This document shows positions 1 to 10,238 of a stretch of 64,000 nt of DNA, piece after piece. The notes beneath the pieces are model-generated. The model was not told the DNA's origin. It made no database searches and saw only the letters and a list, made by a program, of their open reading frames with translations. Numbering within the stretch: position 1 is the stretch's first letter; every line of letters begins with the position of its first letter. The stretch comes from Candidatus Omnitrophota bacterium. GTDB lineage: Bacteria; Omnitrophota; Gorgyraeia; Zapsychrales; Fredricksoniimonadaceae. The stretch lies in the NCBI GenBank assembly GCA_044225175.1, contig JBGAJA010000004.1, positions 81,631-145,630 on the forward strand, given 5' to 3'. The position numbers and the translations under genes were made by a program.

Positions 1-1584
1 GCTATATGGCTCTAGATCATGAGGTGCTGCCAGCATGGCATGGTTAGCGGTAAATAAATTTTCTGATACTCGTGTTAGTCTTTTTACGCTTTTTGTGCCA
101 CTGATCATGGCTGGGTTTGTAGGACTTGATTTAATCTTATTAACTTTTCTCCATTTTTCTTCAATTTGCATGTAAAACTCTTCTGCCCTGTGTCTTAAAA
201 TATTAGTTCCATTAGCATCTGCCGCGGTTTCCCCAGACGCCATACTTTGTTTTAATTGATCAATTAAGACTTCCACTTCTTCTGAGGGTTTATAAGGAAT
301 AATACTGATGCTTATACGCAATAAACTTGCGAATGCCTTAGAAAGTCCTGTCAACATAGCTGGATTTGATGTTATTTGTAATACTTCTGTTGATCTTAAA
401 GAAGTATTATTGATTAATGCTAAATCAGCTCCTCCTGAAAAATATTTTCTAGAAATAGGCTGTTGGCTAATAGGATCCTGATCTTGCTTAATGTAGTTGT
501 AGACACCTTTTTTAAAGGCGTGGAGGTATTGATTGTAGATCAATTCAATATCCGTAGGGGCAGGTCCCTGTGCCTGCCCTTTTTTTGGATCAACATCATT
601 TTGTTGAGGGCGGCCACGGGCAGCCGCCCCTACGTATTGGATTCCTGCCGTTTTATTTTTATCCGCATACACCTGCGCCAAAATCGAATCTTTAATCTTC
701 TTCTTGTACCAAGTGGCTAGAATCAAAGAACTATAAACCTGCCTAAGCTGCACAAAATTGGCCCCTTCATTGATCTCCTTAGTCAATTCAGGAATAACAA
801 CCTCCCGTATGATCTGACTGTGCAAAAAGGTGTCAGACACCTTTTTATCAACCCGCCCCTTCAAAAAGGTGTCTGACACCTTTTTGGAGGCTACGTAGTC
901 TTCTTCTAACATCACTTTCAGCCTGGATTCCACTACATAGGCTGTTCCGGCCTTTGCATTCTCATAGACTACGGCTTTCTCGGGGACTATCCATACCTTG
1001 TTGAAAGTATTGACTGGGATATTGGTTGTTCCATACCTTTTGGCGGATTCTTCGTAGATTCTCTTCCAAAACTTACGGCCAATCTCTTCTTCTGGATACA
1101 TAAGGCTGGCTGTGATCTGTTTGAGCATGTAGTCCTGGGCCAAAAGGTCGCGGCCCATCTCGGTTTGGCCAAAGCTTTCGGGGACTATGCGGTTTTTTTC
1201 ATAGGGACTTAGATTCACCCATAGGTCGGCTTCTGGGGTGGTTAAAGAGGCCAAAAAGTACTTGATTAGACGGTTGGACTCTTCCTTCAATTTATGTGCA
1301 TCAGCGACGGAACGTGACCCTTGATCTAGGATAAAATCGAACATAAAAGGATTATCTGGATGGACCTTGATTCCTTTGAGCAAAGGAGGGTTCACAGGGG
1401 CGCTTAGATGCACCCTACCCCCAGATTTGGGCAAACGCAGCTGCTGAGCATAGGCTGGCAATGGGCCAATGGTATTAATTAAAAAAATGATGACCATCAG
1501 CCAAAGGCTGATCCGCCTTTGGCGGAAAAAGGCAAAAACAATCCCCAGGCACAAAGCCCTTCTTAACTTTACAATCTTAAACAT
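1..1584 (-). CDS. Giant secreted-protein family paralogue, 5' part only (>=528 aa, runs off window start; absent from the ORF track)
   Basis: Manual translation from ATG at 1584 is open to base 1: MFKIVKLRR...IGPLPAYAQ...LKGIKVHPDNPFMFDFILD...LWVNLSPYEKNRI...NTFNKVWIVP...RKYFSGG, colinear with the N-terminus of the 36587-47356 protein. Confidence 0.9.
   Translation of the reverse strand, partial: MFKIVKLRRALCLGIVFAFFRQRRISLWLMVIIFLINTIGPLPAYAQQLRLPKSGGRVHLSAPVNPPLLKGIKVHPDNPFMFDFILDQGSRSVADAHKLKEESNRLIKYFLASLTTPEADLWVNLSPYEKNRIVPESFGQTEMGRDLLAQDYMLKQITASLMYPEEEIGRKFWKRIYEESAKRYGTTNIPVNTFNKVWIVPEKAVVYENAKAGTAYVVESRLKVMLEEDYVASKKVSDTFLKGRVDKKVSDTFLHSQIIREVVIPELTKEINEGANFVQLRQVYSSLILATWYKKKIKDSILAQVYADKNKTAGIQYVGAAARGRPQQNDVDPKKGQAQGPAPTDIELIYNQYLHAFKKGVYNYIKQDQDPISQQPISRKYFSGGADLALINNTSLRSTEVLQITSNPAMLTGLSKAFASLLRISISIIPYKPSEEVEVLIDQLKQSMASGETAADANGTNILRHRAEEFYMQIEEKWRKVNKIKSSPTNPAMISGTKSVKRLTRVSENLFTANHAMLAAPHDLEPYS
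554..633. repeat. Inverted GTAG-type REP-like doublet inserted in frame in the CDS
   Basis: GTAGGGGCAGGTCCCTGTGCCTGCCCT (554-580) and AGGGCGGCCACGGGCAGCCGCCCCTAC (607-633); encodes VGAAARGRPQQNDVDPKKGQAQGPAPT, absent at the equivalent site of the paralogues. Confidence 0.8.
824..885. repeat. Pair of 23-bp palindromes AAAAAGGTGTCWGACACCTTTTT, in frame (KKVSDTF x2)
   Basis: Copies at 824-846 and 863-885, 16-bp spacer. Confidence 0.95.
1497..1526. repeat. Twin short hairpin element inside signal-peptide codons
   Basis: TCAGCC-AAA-GGCTGA directly followed by TCCGCC-TTT-GGCGGA. Confidence 0.65.
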
Positions 1585-1590
1585 ATCGAA

Positions 1591-1620
1591 AGTTTACTAT
1601 ATATATAATAAAATCGCCAA
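1591..1620 (-). promoter_or_regulatory. Putative sigma-70 promoter of the giant gene, leaderless-type
   Basis: TTGGCG-N18-TAAACT, ATG 6 nt downstream of the -10 box, no SD. Confidence 0.4.
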
Positions 1621-1630
1621 TTTCCGCATT

Positions 1631-1653
1631 AAAAAGGTGTCTGACACCTTTTT
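1631..1653. repeat. 23-bp palindrome, intergenic copy (possible terminator) at the bolA stop
   Basis: AAAAAGGTGTCTGACACCTTTTT overlapping the last base of the TAA of the minus-strand bolA. Confidence 0.95.
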
Positions 1654-1907
1654 TAACATTTGGCTTGGATGGAAAGGGCGTGAATTTGGGATTTTAGGGG
1701 TTTTAGGGCTTCGTAGATCATGCGGTGGCGGTCGATTAGTTTAATGCCTTCGAAAACGGATGATTCAATGATGACTTGGTAGTGGCCACCTTCTTTGGCA
1801 CCAGCATGGCCAGCATGCTTGGCGCTATCATCAATGACCTCAAGATATTGCGGATGAAACTTCTCACGTAGGATGTTTTCTATATTTGCTTTAACCATAG
1901 TTTGCAT
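1653..1907 (-). CDS. bolA: BolA family protein
   Basis: DDSAKHAGH, HYQVIIESSVF, RHRMIY, IHALSI motifs. Confidence 0.92.
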   Translation of the reverse strand: MQTMVKANIENILREKFHPQYLEVIDDSAKHAGHAGAKEGGHYQVIIESSVFEGIKLIDRHRMIYEALKPLKSQIHALSIQAKC

Positions 1908-1921
1908 TATACTATCTTTCT

Positions 1922-3211
1922 ATGAATAAAATATCTTTAGCTAATTTCACTCAAACGATTTGCGTCCCTTGCATCCAAAGCCAACAGCGCGAAATTCATG
2001 CCTGGCTCAAAGGTCTCGAAAAAAACTACACCCCCATTTACAGCTCTGTTGATATCCGCGATGCAGGTTTTAAAATCGCTGTTGTAGATACCAATCTCTT
2101 TCCAGCTGGTTTTAATAATCTTTGTGAGCACGGTGTTGAAGATGCCAAAACATTAATCAAAAATGCAATTCTCAAACGCGTCCCAAATGCCAAAGATATC
2201 CTAATCGTTGCTGAAGAACATACCCGCAATAGTTATTACCTAGAAAATATTCGTATTCTTCAAGACATCATTCAAAATGCTGGCTTTAACACCATTATTG
2301 CAACGTTCTTTAATGATGAGCCAACCTTTTGCCAGCAAACAGATAGCTCTGTTGATCTTGAAACATCAAGCGGGCAAAAAGTTAAAATCCATTGCTTCAA
2401 ACGAATCTTAGAAAAGATCAAATCTAAAGAAGCTCATTATGACATGATGATCATGAACAATGATTTATCAACCGGAATCCCTGAAGCGCTTCTTGAAGCC
2501 AATATTCCGATGTACCCTTCCATTCACGCAGGCTGGCATTCTAGACTCAAATCTGAACATTTCCGTCACACCAATGCATTAATGCAACAATTTGCTTACA
2601 TGGTAGGATTAGACCCATGGCTGTTTACTTGCCTCTATTCTCAAATTGACCACATTGATATTAACAAAGAAGAAGATCGCCAAAGACTCTACGTTCAATC
2701 TAAAGATTTATTTGAAAAAATCCAAGCAAAATACGATCTTCATAGTATTCAAGAAAAACCATTCATCTTTATCAAAGCTAACAGCGGTACATATGGCCTT
2801 GGAGTTGTTCCTATTGAATCTCCCGAACAAGTCCTTGAATTGAATCGTCGCAAGAGAAACGATCTCTCCCACGGCAAAAGCTCACAAGAGATCCATAACT
2901 TTATCCTTCAAGAAGGCGTTCCAACGATTCATTCAATTGGAGACAAACCTTCTGAAGTGTGTATTTATCAAATTGATAACAACTTAGTTGGCGGATTTTA
3001 TCGCTCTCATGCATCCAAAGGTTCAAGGGAAAACCTGAACTCCCCTGGCGGCATGAACTTCCAAAAAATGTGTCCTCATCTAGATAAGTACGGCCAAGAC
3101 TGCGGCATTGAACATAATTTAAACATCTTTGACATTTATCGTATCCTCGCTCGTATTGCCGGCGTTGCAGCGACCCAAGAAATCAAAGAATTGGAGAACA
3201 ATAAAACATGA
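1922..3211 (+). CDS. gshA: Glutamate--cysteine ligase, ATP-grasp-like GshA type
   Basis: PIYSSVDIRDAGFKIAVVDTNLFPAGFNNL, KANSGTYGLG, ENLNSPG; coupled to gshB. Confidence 0.9.
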   Translation: MNKISLANFTQTICVPCIQSQQREIHAWLKGLEKNYTPIYSSVDIRDAGFKIAVVDTNLFPAGFNNLCEHGVEDAKTLIKNAILKRVPNAKDILIVAEEHTRNSYYLENIRILQDIIQNAGFNTIIATFFNDEPTFCQQTDSSVDLETSSGQKVKIHCFKRILEKIKSKEAHYDMMIMNNDLSTGIPEALLEANIPMYPSIHAGWHSRLKSEHFRHTNALMQQFAYMVGLDPWLFTCLYSQIDHIDINKEEDRQRLYVQSKDLFEKIQAKYDLHSIQEKPFIFIKANSGTYGLGVVPIESPEQVLELNRRKRNDLSHGKSSQEIHNFILQEGVPTIHSIGDKPSEVCIYQIDNNLVGGFYRSHASKGSRENLNSPGGMNFQKMCPHLDKYGQDCGIEHNLNIFDIYRILARIAGVAATQEIKELENNKT

Positions 3212-4143
3212 AATTCTTATTCTTAATGGACCCTCTTGAAATGATCAAGATGGAAACTGATACAACTTTTATTTTAATGTTAGAAGCTCATAATCGCGGA
3301 CATGAGGTTTATTATGTCCCTAAAGACGGCATCAGTTTAATTGAAGGAAAACTATTCTTTAATGCGATCAAAGTCAAAGTCCAAGCAATTCTCCATGAAC
3401 CTTTTACAAATGAACAGATGAAATACCTCTCCCAAGATGAGATCCATGCGTTTTTTATCCGTCCTGATCCTCCTGTTGATGAACAATACCTGATGAACAC
3501 ATGGCTGTTAGATCATATGCCAAAACATATTCCAGTTATTAACAGCGCTTCCGGAGTCCGTACAGTTAATGAAAAAATATGGTCCGCTCAATTTACCAAG
3601 TACACACCAGCTACCATCGTCTCAGGAAATAAAAAAGATCTTCTAGATTTTATTAAGCAGCATCGCAATGTCATTGCTAAACCAACCAATGGTTTTGGCG
3701 GACAGTCCGTCTTTCATATTGAAGAAGGTCATACCAATACAAAAGTTATTCTTGAAACATTAAGCAACGGATACTCCAAAACGATCATTCTTCAGAAATA
3801 TATCCCTGAATCTAAGAATGGTGACAAAAGAATTCTCTTACTCAACGGCGAGCTTTTAGGTGTTGTCTTACGTCTTCACGAAGAAGGCGAACATAGAAAT
3901 AACTTCTATGCAGGCGGCAAACCAATGCCGACAACCATAAATAAACGCGATGAAGAAATCATAGAAACCTTAAAACCACACCTACAACAATTAGGACTCT
4001 ACTTTGTGGGGATTGATATTCTAGGGGACTACTTAATCGAAGTTAATGTAACTTCACCCACATGCTTGCAAGAAATGAACCACCTCTATAATCAAAACCT
4101 TGAGAAAAAAGTCATTGATTTTGTAGAAAAATTGATAAAATAA
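3208..4143 (+). CDS. gshB: Glutathione synthetase
   Basis: FLMDP...DTT, RPDPP, NEK, GDKRILL, EVNVTSPT. Confidence 0.95.
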   Translation: MKFLFLMDPLEMIKMETDTTFILMLEAHNRGHEVYYVPKDGISLIEGKLFFNAIKVKVQAILHEPFTNEQMKYLSQDEIHAFFIRPDPPVDEQYLMNTWLLDHMPKHIPVINSASGVRTVNEKIWSAQFTKYTPATIVSGNKKDLLDFIKQHRNVIAKPTNGFGGQSVFHIEEGHTNTKVILETLSNGYSKTIILQKYIPESKNGDKRILLLNGELLGVVLRLHEEGEHRNNFYAGGKPMPTTINKRDEEIIETLKPHLQQLGLYFVGIDILGDYLIEVNVTSPTCLQEMNHLYNQNLEKKVIDFVEKLIK

Positions 4144-4149
4144 CGCCCT

Positions 4150-4392
4150 ATGCAAGAACTTACTCTATACCATTTCAACGGCTGTCCTTATTGTGCAAAA
4201 GTCCGCAACTATCTTGCTAAAGAAAAAATCACCATTCCTATGAAAGATATTCTTGAAAACCCCGGCTTTAGAGATGAACTTCTTAAAATTGGCGGTAAAA
4301 CCCAAGTACCCTGCCTGGTTATCAATGGTAAGGCTCTCTATGAATCTATGGATATTATTAAGTGGTTTGAAAATAATTATAAAAAATCATGA
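4150..4392 (+). CDS. Dithiol glutaredoxin / GST-N-like protein
   Basis: CPYC and GGKTQVPCL motifs. Confidence 0.88.
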   Translation: MQELTLYHFNGCPYCAKVRNYLAKEKITIPMKDILENPGFRDELLKIGGKTQVPCLVINGKALYESMDIIKWFENNYKKS

Positions 4393-4643
4393 CTGCCTAC
4401 ATAAAAGCTAAAATCGAAACCGCTCTTCCCAATGCAACGGCCTATGTCTTAGATCCCATGAATGACGGTCAACATTTACAGGCCTATGTAGTCTCTGAAG
4501 TCTTTGAAGGAATGCCTGTTTTTAAGCAACAACAACTCGTTATGACTGCCATCAAGGATGTATTTTCAACGGTCCATGCACTTGGTTTAAAGACTTTTAC
4601 ACCTACTAAATGGGAAGAAGTTAAATCACAATATGGATTTTAA
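4389..4643 (+). CDS. BolA/IbaG family protein
   Basis: DGQHLQAYVVSEVFEG...QQQLV...VHALGLKTFTP; adjacent to grxD. Confidence 0.88.
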   Translation: MTAYIKAKIETALPNATAYVLDPMNDGQHLQAYVVSEVFEGMPVFKQQQLVMTAIKDVFSTVHALGLKTFTPTKWEEVKSQYGF

Positions 4644-4662
4644 TTAATAAGGAGAGATTAAT

Positions 4663-4977
4663 ATGTTATCTGAGGCTCTTAAAAAACAAATCGAAAATGA
4701 TATCAAAAACAATAAAGTCGTCATCTTCATGAAAGGCACTGCTGATCAACCTATGTGCGGCTTTTCTGGAAGATCTATCCAAATTCTTCAATCCTACAAT
4801 GTTCCCATCAAAGATTACAATGTACTCGCCTCCGAAGAAATCCGCCAAGGCATCAAAGAAATGACTAACTGGCCTACCATCCCTCAAATATTCGTCAATG
4901 GAGAATTTATCGGCGGATGTGATATTGTCACTGAAATGCATGAAAACGGTGAGTTAGCTACCCTTCTAAAATCTTGA
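4663..4977 (+). CDS. grxD: Monothiol glutaredoxin Grx4
   Basis: FMKGT...PMCGFS, NWPTIPQ, GGCD; GGAG SD upstream. Confidence 0.95.
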   Translation: MLSEALKKQIENDIKNNKVVIFMKGTADQPMCGFSGRSIQILQSYNVPIKDYNVLASEEIRQGIKEMTNWPTIPQIFVNGEFIGGCDIVTEMHENGELATLLKS

Positions 4978-6509
4978 TGGCATCTTGGTTCCGACGATCT
5001 GCTGTATCCTTATTCTTCTTAGGTCTACTCCTGTGTGGTCTAAGTATTTATAAAGACTATGGTGTGCATTGGGATGAATATAATAATCAAGAGTTTGGAC
5101 ATAAGTGGAAAGTCTATGTTCTAGATGTTGCACATACTGGCTCTATCACTCAAAGTTATCCAACCGTAGATGAAATGGATTTGAGGCATGGGCCATTTGT
5201 CGAACTATCCCTTAACTTTTTGAAGAATGCCCTCAAGATCAACTCGCTTAAGGAAATCATCCTCTTTCGCCACCTTTGTTGCTTCTTTATTTTTATCTTA
5301 GGCGTCTTTTTCTTTTACTTGTTATGCAACCGTTTCTTCAAAGACTGGAAAATTGCCCTTCTAGGCTGTGTATTTCTGGTTTTAAGCCCTCGCATTTTTG
5401 CACATAGTTTTTATGACACCTTTGATATTCCTTTCTTATCTTTTTATGTCATTAGTATTTACACTATGTTTCGTTTTCTCGATCAAAAAAACGTGCCCAA
5501 TGCTATTTTTCATGCTTTGGCTTGCGCCATATTAATTGATACCAGACTTGCCGGCTTAATCATTCCTCTTTTAACATTGATCTTTTTTAAACCTAAAGAT
5601 ATTAAGCCATTTTTCTTGTATGGACTGTCTTTAATCTTCTTAGTTATCCTTGGATGGCCCTTATTGTGGCCTGACCCCTTAACAAACTTTCTAAAAGTAT
5701 TTCTAGAAACGCACAACTCCAACTTCCCTTATTCCTGTCTTTTCTGGGGAAAATTCTATATGGGCTATGATTTACCCTGGTACAGCACATGGGTATGGAT
5801 TTTCGTCACTACTCCTTTATTTTACAGTGTATTCTTTCTCATCGGCTGCGTGTTTATGATTAAAGATTTCAAAATTACAAAATTTGATATCCACCAACGA
5901 AATACAATTCTAATCTTCTTGTGTTTTCTAATCCCCTTACTATTAGCTAACGGAAAAACATATAATGGCTGGAGGCATCTTTATTTTATTTATCCTCCCT
6001 TCTTGATGATCACCTTAATCGGCCTCTTTTCCATATGGAAAGAAATTCGAACAAATTTAGACGGACAAATGCGAAACGTTCTTCAAACAATAGTTCTAGT
6101 CATCACTTCTATGAGTTTGGCTGGCATTCTATGGATGATGATCAAACTTCATCCTTATGAACACGTCTACTTCAATCGACTGGCAGGAAAAGACATGCAT
6201 GAAGTCAAAGGCCGCTTTGAACTGGATTATTGGGGAGTTTCCTATAAGCAGGCATTGGAATACCTTCTTAAACATGATCCTCAAGAATTGATTTCTATTT
6301 CAGGGGGAGACAATTCCTGGCCCCTTATTACCAACAACTTAAATATCCTTGACCCTCAAGATAAAAAGAGATTTATACAAACAACCCCTGACAAAGCCCA
6401 ATACATGATTACAAACTATCTGCAGCACCCAAATGACTATCCATTTCCTAAATACGCATCCCTTTCTATCGGAAATGCAGAGATTTTAACCATTTATAAG
6501 CTCAAATAA
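4974..6509 (+). CDS. GT-C fold membrane glycosyltransferase (ArnT/PMT-like)
   Basis: Multiple TM helices, DYGVHWDE motif after first TM, YNGWRH, LDYWG. Confidence 0.72.
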   Translation: MMASWFRRSAVSLFFLGLLLCGLSIYKDYGVHWDEYNNQEFGHKWKVYVLDVAHTGSITQSYPTVDEMDLRHGPFVELSLNFLKNALKINSLKEIILFRHLCCFFIFILGVFFFYLLCNRFFKDWKIALLGCVFLVLSPRIFAHSFYDTFDIPFLSFYVISIYTMFRFLDQKNVPNAIFHALACAILIDTRLAGLIIPLLTLIFFKPKDIKPFFLYGLSLIFLVILGWPLLWPDPLTNFLKVFLETHNSNFPYSCLFWGKFYMGYDLPWYSTWVWIFVTTPLFYSVFFLIGCVFMIKDFKITKFDIHQRNTILIFLCFLIPLLLANGKTYNGWRHLYFIYPPFLMITLIGLFSIWKEIRTNLDGQMRNVLQTIVLVITSMSLAGILWMMIKLHPYEHVYFNRLAGKDMHEVKGRFELDYWGVSYKQALEYLLKHDPQELISISGGDNSWPLITNNLNILDPQDKKRFIQTTPDKAQYMITNYLQHPNDYPFPKYASLSIGNAEILTIYKLK

Positions 6510-6513
6510 CCTT

Positions 6514-6542
6514 TTGACAACCCTCACGATTTCACCTATCTT
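6514..6542 (+). promoter_or_regulatory. Putative sigma-70 promoter of metH
   Basis: TTGACA-N17-TATCTT, ATG at 6550. Confidence 0.55.
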
Positions 6543-6549
6543 TAACGAT

Positions 6550-9500
6550 ATGAAAAAAGCACCTCAAGACAGCATTTTACGGACTCTTTTGAATCAGCGG
6601 ATCCTTATCCTCGACGGAGCCATGGGCACCATGATTCAAAAGTATAAGCTCACCGAAGAACAATACCGGGGGATACGATTTAAGGATTGGAAGAGCGATA
6701 TTAAGGGAAACAATGATCTTCTCTCCCTGACCCAGCCCCACATCATTGAAGAAATTCACAGCCAATACTTCCAAGCTGGCGCAGATATCATTGAAACTAA
6801 CACCTTCAATTGTAATCGTATCAGTATGGCCGATTACAACATGGAAGAGCTGGTTTATGAGCTCAATGTGGCAGCTGCAAAGATCGCCAAAAAAGCTGCT
6901 GAAAAATTCAATAAAGCTAATCCTAATAAACCAAGATTTGTAGCTGGTGCCATTGGTCCTACGACCCGTACTGCGTCGTTATCTCCTGATGTTAATAATC
7001 CAGCTTTCCGAGCTGTAACCTTTGATCAATTGGTCGAAGCCTATAGCGAGCAAATCAAAGGTCTCATGGATGGCGGCGTTGATCTTCTTTTGATTGAAAC
7101 CATCTTTGATACGCTAAACGCCAAAGCTGCGATTTATGCGGTTGAGCTATACAATGAAAAAGTTGGCTACAAGATTCCCTTGATGATTTCTGGAACAATC
7201 ACGGATGCCAGCGGGCGTACATTATCAGGACAAACAACCGAAGCGTTCTGGATTTCCATGAGACACGCACGTCCTTTAAGCATCGGTCTTAACTGCGCCC
7301 TTGGCCCCAAGGATATGCGCCAATACATCGCAGAGCTTTCCCGAGTCGCCGATTGTTTTGTTAGCTGCTACTCAAATGCTGGACTTCCCAATGCCTTTGG
7401 AGAGTATGATCTAGGGGCTGATGATATGGCCACAATCGTCAAAGAATTCGCCCAAAGCGGACTCATTAATATTCTTGGCGGTTGTTGCGGAACAACACCG
7501 GACCATATCAAAGCCATGGCTCATATGGTTGATGGCCTTCCTCCACGGACTATTCCCCATATTAAACATTACAGTTCCTTCTCGGGACTTGAGCCATTTA
7601 TCATTCATGAAAATACGAATTTTGTGAATGTTGGCGAGAGAACCAATGTCACTGGATCCAAGCAATTTGCCCGTCTCATTATTGGTGGAAAATTTGATGA
7701 AGCCCTTGCGGTTGCCCGCCAGCAAGTAGAAAATGGGGCTCAAATGATTGACGTGAACATGGATGAAGCCATGCTTAATTCTCAGGAGTCCATGACTAAA
7801 TTTCTCAATCTAATTGCCTCCGAACCAGACATATCCAAAGTTCCCATCATGATCGATTCATCTAAATGGTCAGTCATTGAAGAAGGCCTTAAGTGTGTCC
7901 AAGGCAAAAGCGTTGTGAACTCAATTAGTCTTAAAGAAGGTGAAGCTCCTTTCAAAGAACAAGCCAAGAAAGTCCTTCGCTATGGAGCTGCTGCGGTTGT
8001 CATGGCATTTGATGAACAAGGTCAAGCAGATACCGTGGAGAAACGAGTGAGCATCTGTAAAAGAGCTTTCAAAATTCTGACTGAAGAAATCGGCTTTGAT
8101 CCTCAAGATATTATCTTTGATCCAAACATCTTTGCGATTGCAACTGGGATTGAAGAACACAATAACTATGCGGTTGACTTCTTTGAAGCAACCAAGCAAA
8201 TCAAAGCTGCCTGCCCGGGCTGTTTAATTTCTGGTGGCGTATCCAATGTTTCCTTTTCTTTTCGTGGTAATGATCCTGTGCGTGAAGCTATGCATGCCTC
8301 GTTCCTCTATCACGCCGTTCACGCTGGCATGGATATGGGAATTGTGAATGCTGGAATGATTGCGGTCTATTCTGAAATCCCAAAAGACTTCCTTGAGCTT
8401 ATTGAAGATGTCATTCTAAATAGACGTCCTGATGCAACTGAACGCTTGGTTTCCTTTGCTGAAACTGTCAAAGCCACGGGTGAAAAGAAACAAGAGGATC
8501 TTGCTTGGAGATCGCTGCCTGTGGAAGAACGATTATCTCATGCTTTAGTCAAAGGAATTGTGGACTTTATCGACGTGGATACAGAAGAAGCACGTCAGAA
8601 ATCCACCCGTCCTTTAGATGTTATTGAAGGCCCATTAATGAATGGGATGAATGTGGTTGGAGATTTATTCGGCTCAGGAAAAATGTTCTTGCCTCAAGTT
8701 GTCAAAAGTGCCCGTGTCATGAAGAAGTCCGTCGCCTACCTTCAACCTTTCATTGAAAAAGAAAAAGATCAGACTGCCAAAGCAGCCGGTGTGGTTGTCA
8801 TGGCAACTGTTAAAGGTGATGTGCATGACATTGGAAAGAATATCGTAGGAGTCGTACTAGCCTGCAATGGCTTCAAAATCATTGATCTGGGCGTCATGGT
8901 TGCCTGTGACAAGATTCTTAAGACTGCTCAAGAAAACAAAGCGGACATGATTGGTCTTTCTGGACTTATTACCCCCTCTCTCGATGAAATGGTCAATGTC
9001 GCAAGTCAAATGCAAAAAGAGAATTTCTCTATACCTCTTTTGATTGGCGGAGCTACAACTTCCCCTGCTCATACAGCTGTTAAGATTGCGCCTGCTTATA
9101 ATCGAAATATTGTCATCTACATTAAAGACGCCTCTCGCAGCGTTGGCGTATGCCGCACGCTCATGGATGATAAAACCAAGGATGATTTAAAGAAGCAAAC
9201 ATTGAAGGATTACGAAAATCTACGCCAAGAACATGCTTCCAGACAAGCTTCTAGGAACTTTGTAAGTATAGACAAAGCTCGGCAAAAAGCCTTTGTTACT
9301 GATTGGACCAAAGCAGAGATCACCAAGCCTTCTTTCCTTGGACTTAAGACATACAAAGACTTTGACCTTAATGAAATCCGTAAACGCATCGACTGGTCAT
9401 TCTTCTTTATTGCCTGGGAGCTTAAAGGAAAATTCCCACAAATCTTAAAAGATCCCGTCTATGGTCAGCAGGCAACTCAAGTCTATAATGATGCCAATGC

Positions 9501-10233
9501 CCTTTTAGATGAAATCATTGCCAAGAAACTTCTAACTGCTCATGGAGTTGTTGGCTTCTTCCCTGCTAATTCTGTAGGAGATGATATTGAAATCTACACA
9601 GATGATACAAGAACCAAGGTCACAGATGTTTTCTATAACTTACGTCAACAAAATGTGATTAACGACAACCAACCTATGCTATCCCACGCAGATTACATTG
9701 CTCCTAAATCATCAGGAGTTAAAGACTACCTTGGCCTGTTTGCGGTCACAGCTGGAATTGGTTTGGATGAATTGGTCAAAAGATTTGAAGATGATCACGA
9801 TGATTATAAAAGCATTCTGGCCAAAGCTGTGGCGGATCGCCTTGCTGAAGCTTTTGCGGAACTTATGCACCTTAAAGTCCGTCGTGAACTTTGGGGATTT
9901 GCCAAAGACGAACAATTAACGGATGAACAAATTAACTTGGGTCAATATAAAAGCATTCGCCCTGCTCCAGGCTATCCTGCCTGCCCTGATCACACAGAAA
10001 AAGCCACTCTCTTTAAAGTCTTAGATGCAACTAAGAATACCGGTATCAACTTAACGGAAAGCTTTGCTATGTATCCAACAGCTGCTGTCTGTGGTATTTA
10101 CTTTGCCCACCCACAATCAAAGTACTTTTCTATTGGAAAAATAGAAAAAGACCAAGTCCAAGACTATGCCAAACGAAAAAACATGGACCTGCCGGAAGTT
10201 GAAAAATGGTTGGGACCTAATTTAGGGTATTAA
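6550..10233 (+). CDS. metH: Cobalamin-dependent methionine synthase
   Basis: [34 protein letters not shown]12 motif, [12 protein letters not shown]; start moved from TTG 6514 to ATG 6550. Confidence 0.97.
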   Translation: MKKAPQDSILRTLLNQRILILDGAMGTMIQKYKLTEEQYRGIRFKDWKSDIKGNNDLLSLTQPHIIEEIHSQYFQAGADIIETNTFNCNRISMADYNMEELVYELNVAAAKIAKKAAEKFNKANPNKPRFVAGAIGPTTRTASLSPDVNNPAFRAVTFDQLVEAYSEQIKGLMDGGVDLLLIETIFDTLNAKAAIYAVELYNEKVGYKIPLMISGTITDASGRTLSGQTTEAFWISMRHARPLSIGLNCALGPKDMRQYIAELSRVADCFVSCYSNAGLPNAFGEYDLGADDMATIVKEFAQSGLINILGGCCGTTPDHIKAMAHMVDGLPPRTIPHIKHYSSFSGLEPFIIHENTNFVNVGERTNVTGSKQFARLIIGGKFDEALAVARQQVENGAQMIDVNMDEAMLNSQESMTKFLNLIASEPDISKVPIMIDSSKWSVIEEGLKCVQGKSVVNSISLKEGEAPFKEQAKKVLRYGAAAVVMAFDEQGQADTVEKRVSICKRAFKILTEEIGFDPQDIIFDPNIFAIATGIEEHNNYAVDFFEATKQIKAACPGCLISGGVSNVSFSFRGNDPVREAMHASFLYHAVHAGMDMGIVNAGMIAVYSEIPKDFLELIEDVILNRRPDATERLVSFAETVKATGEKKQEDLAWRSLPVEERLSHALVKGIVDFIDVDTEEARQKSTRPLDVIEGPLMNGMNVVGDLFGSGKMFLPQVVKSARVMKKSVAYLQPFIEKEKDQTAKAAGVVVMATVKGDVHDIGKNIVGVVLACNGFKIIDLGVMVACDKILKTAQENKADMIGLSGLITPSLDEMVNVASQMQKENFSIPLLIGGATTSPAHTAVKIAPAYNRNIVIYIKDASRSVGVCRTLMDDKTKDDLKKQTLKDYENLRQEHASRQASRNFVSIDKARQKAFVTDWTKAEITKPSFLGLKTYKDFDLNEIRKRIDWSFFFIAWELKGKFPQILKDPVYGQQATQVYNDANALLDEIIAKKLLTAHGVVGFFPANSVGDDIEIYTDDTRTKVTDVFYNLRQQNVINDNQPMLSHADYIAPKSSGVKDYLGLFAVTAGIGLDELVKRFEDDHDDYKSILAKAVADRLAEAFAELMHLKVRRELWGFAKDEQLTDEQINLGQYKSIRPAPGYPACPDHTEKATLFKVLDATKNTGINLTESFAMYPTAAVCGIYFAHPQSKYFSIGKIEKDQVQDYAKRKNMDLPEVEKWLGPNLGY

Positions 10234-10238
10234 TCAAA

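Noticed and set aside
501-513. Half-site resembling the 23-bp palindrome (AGACACCTTTTTT)
   Set aside because: No left arm; it encodes the conserved FKKGVYNY motif shared with paralogues
824-885. Palindrome doublets as a mini-CRISPR
   Set aside because: Only two units, 16-bp similar spacers, in frame in CDSs, no cas genes
463-1744. ORFs 463-720(+), 987-1172(-), 1469-1744(+)
   Set aside because: Shadows of the real minus-strand giant-family CDS (1-1584) and bolA
6510-6549. SAM or cobalamin riboswitch upstream of metH
   Set aside because: Only ~40 bp intergenic, occupied by a promoter-like sequence
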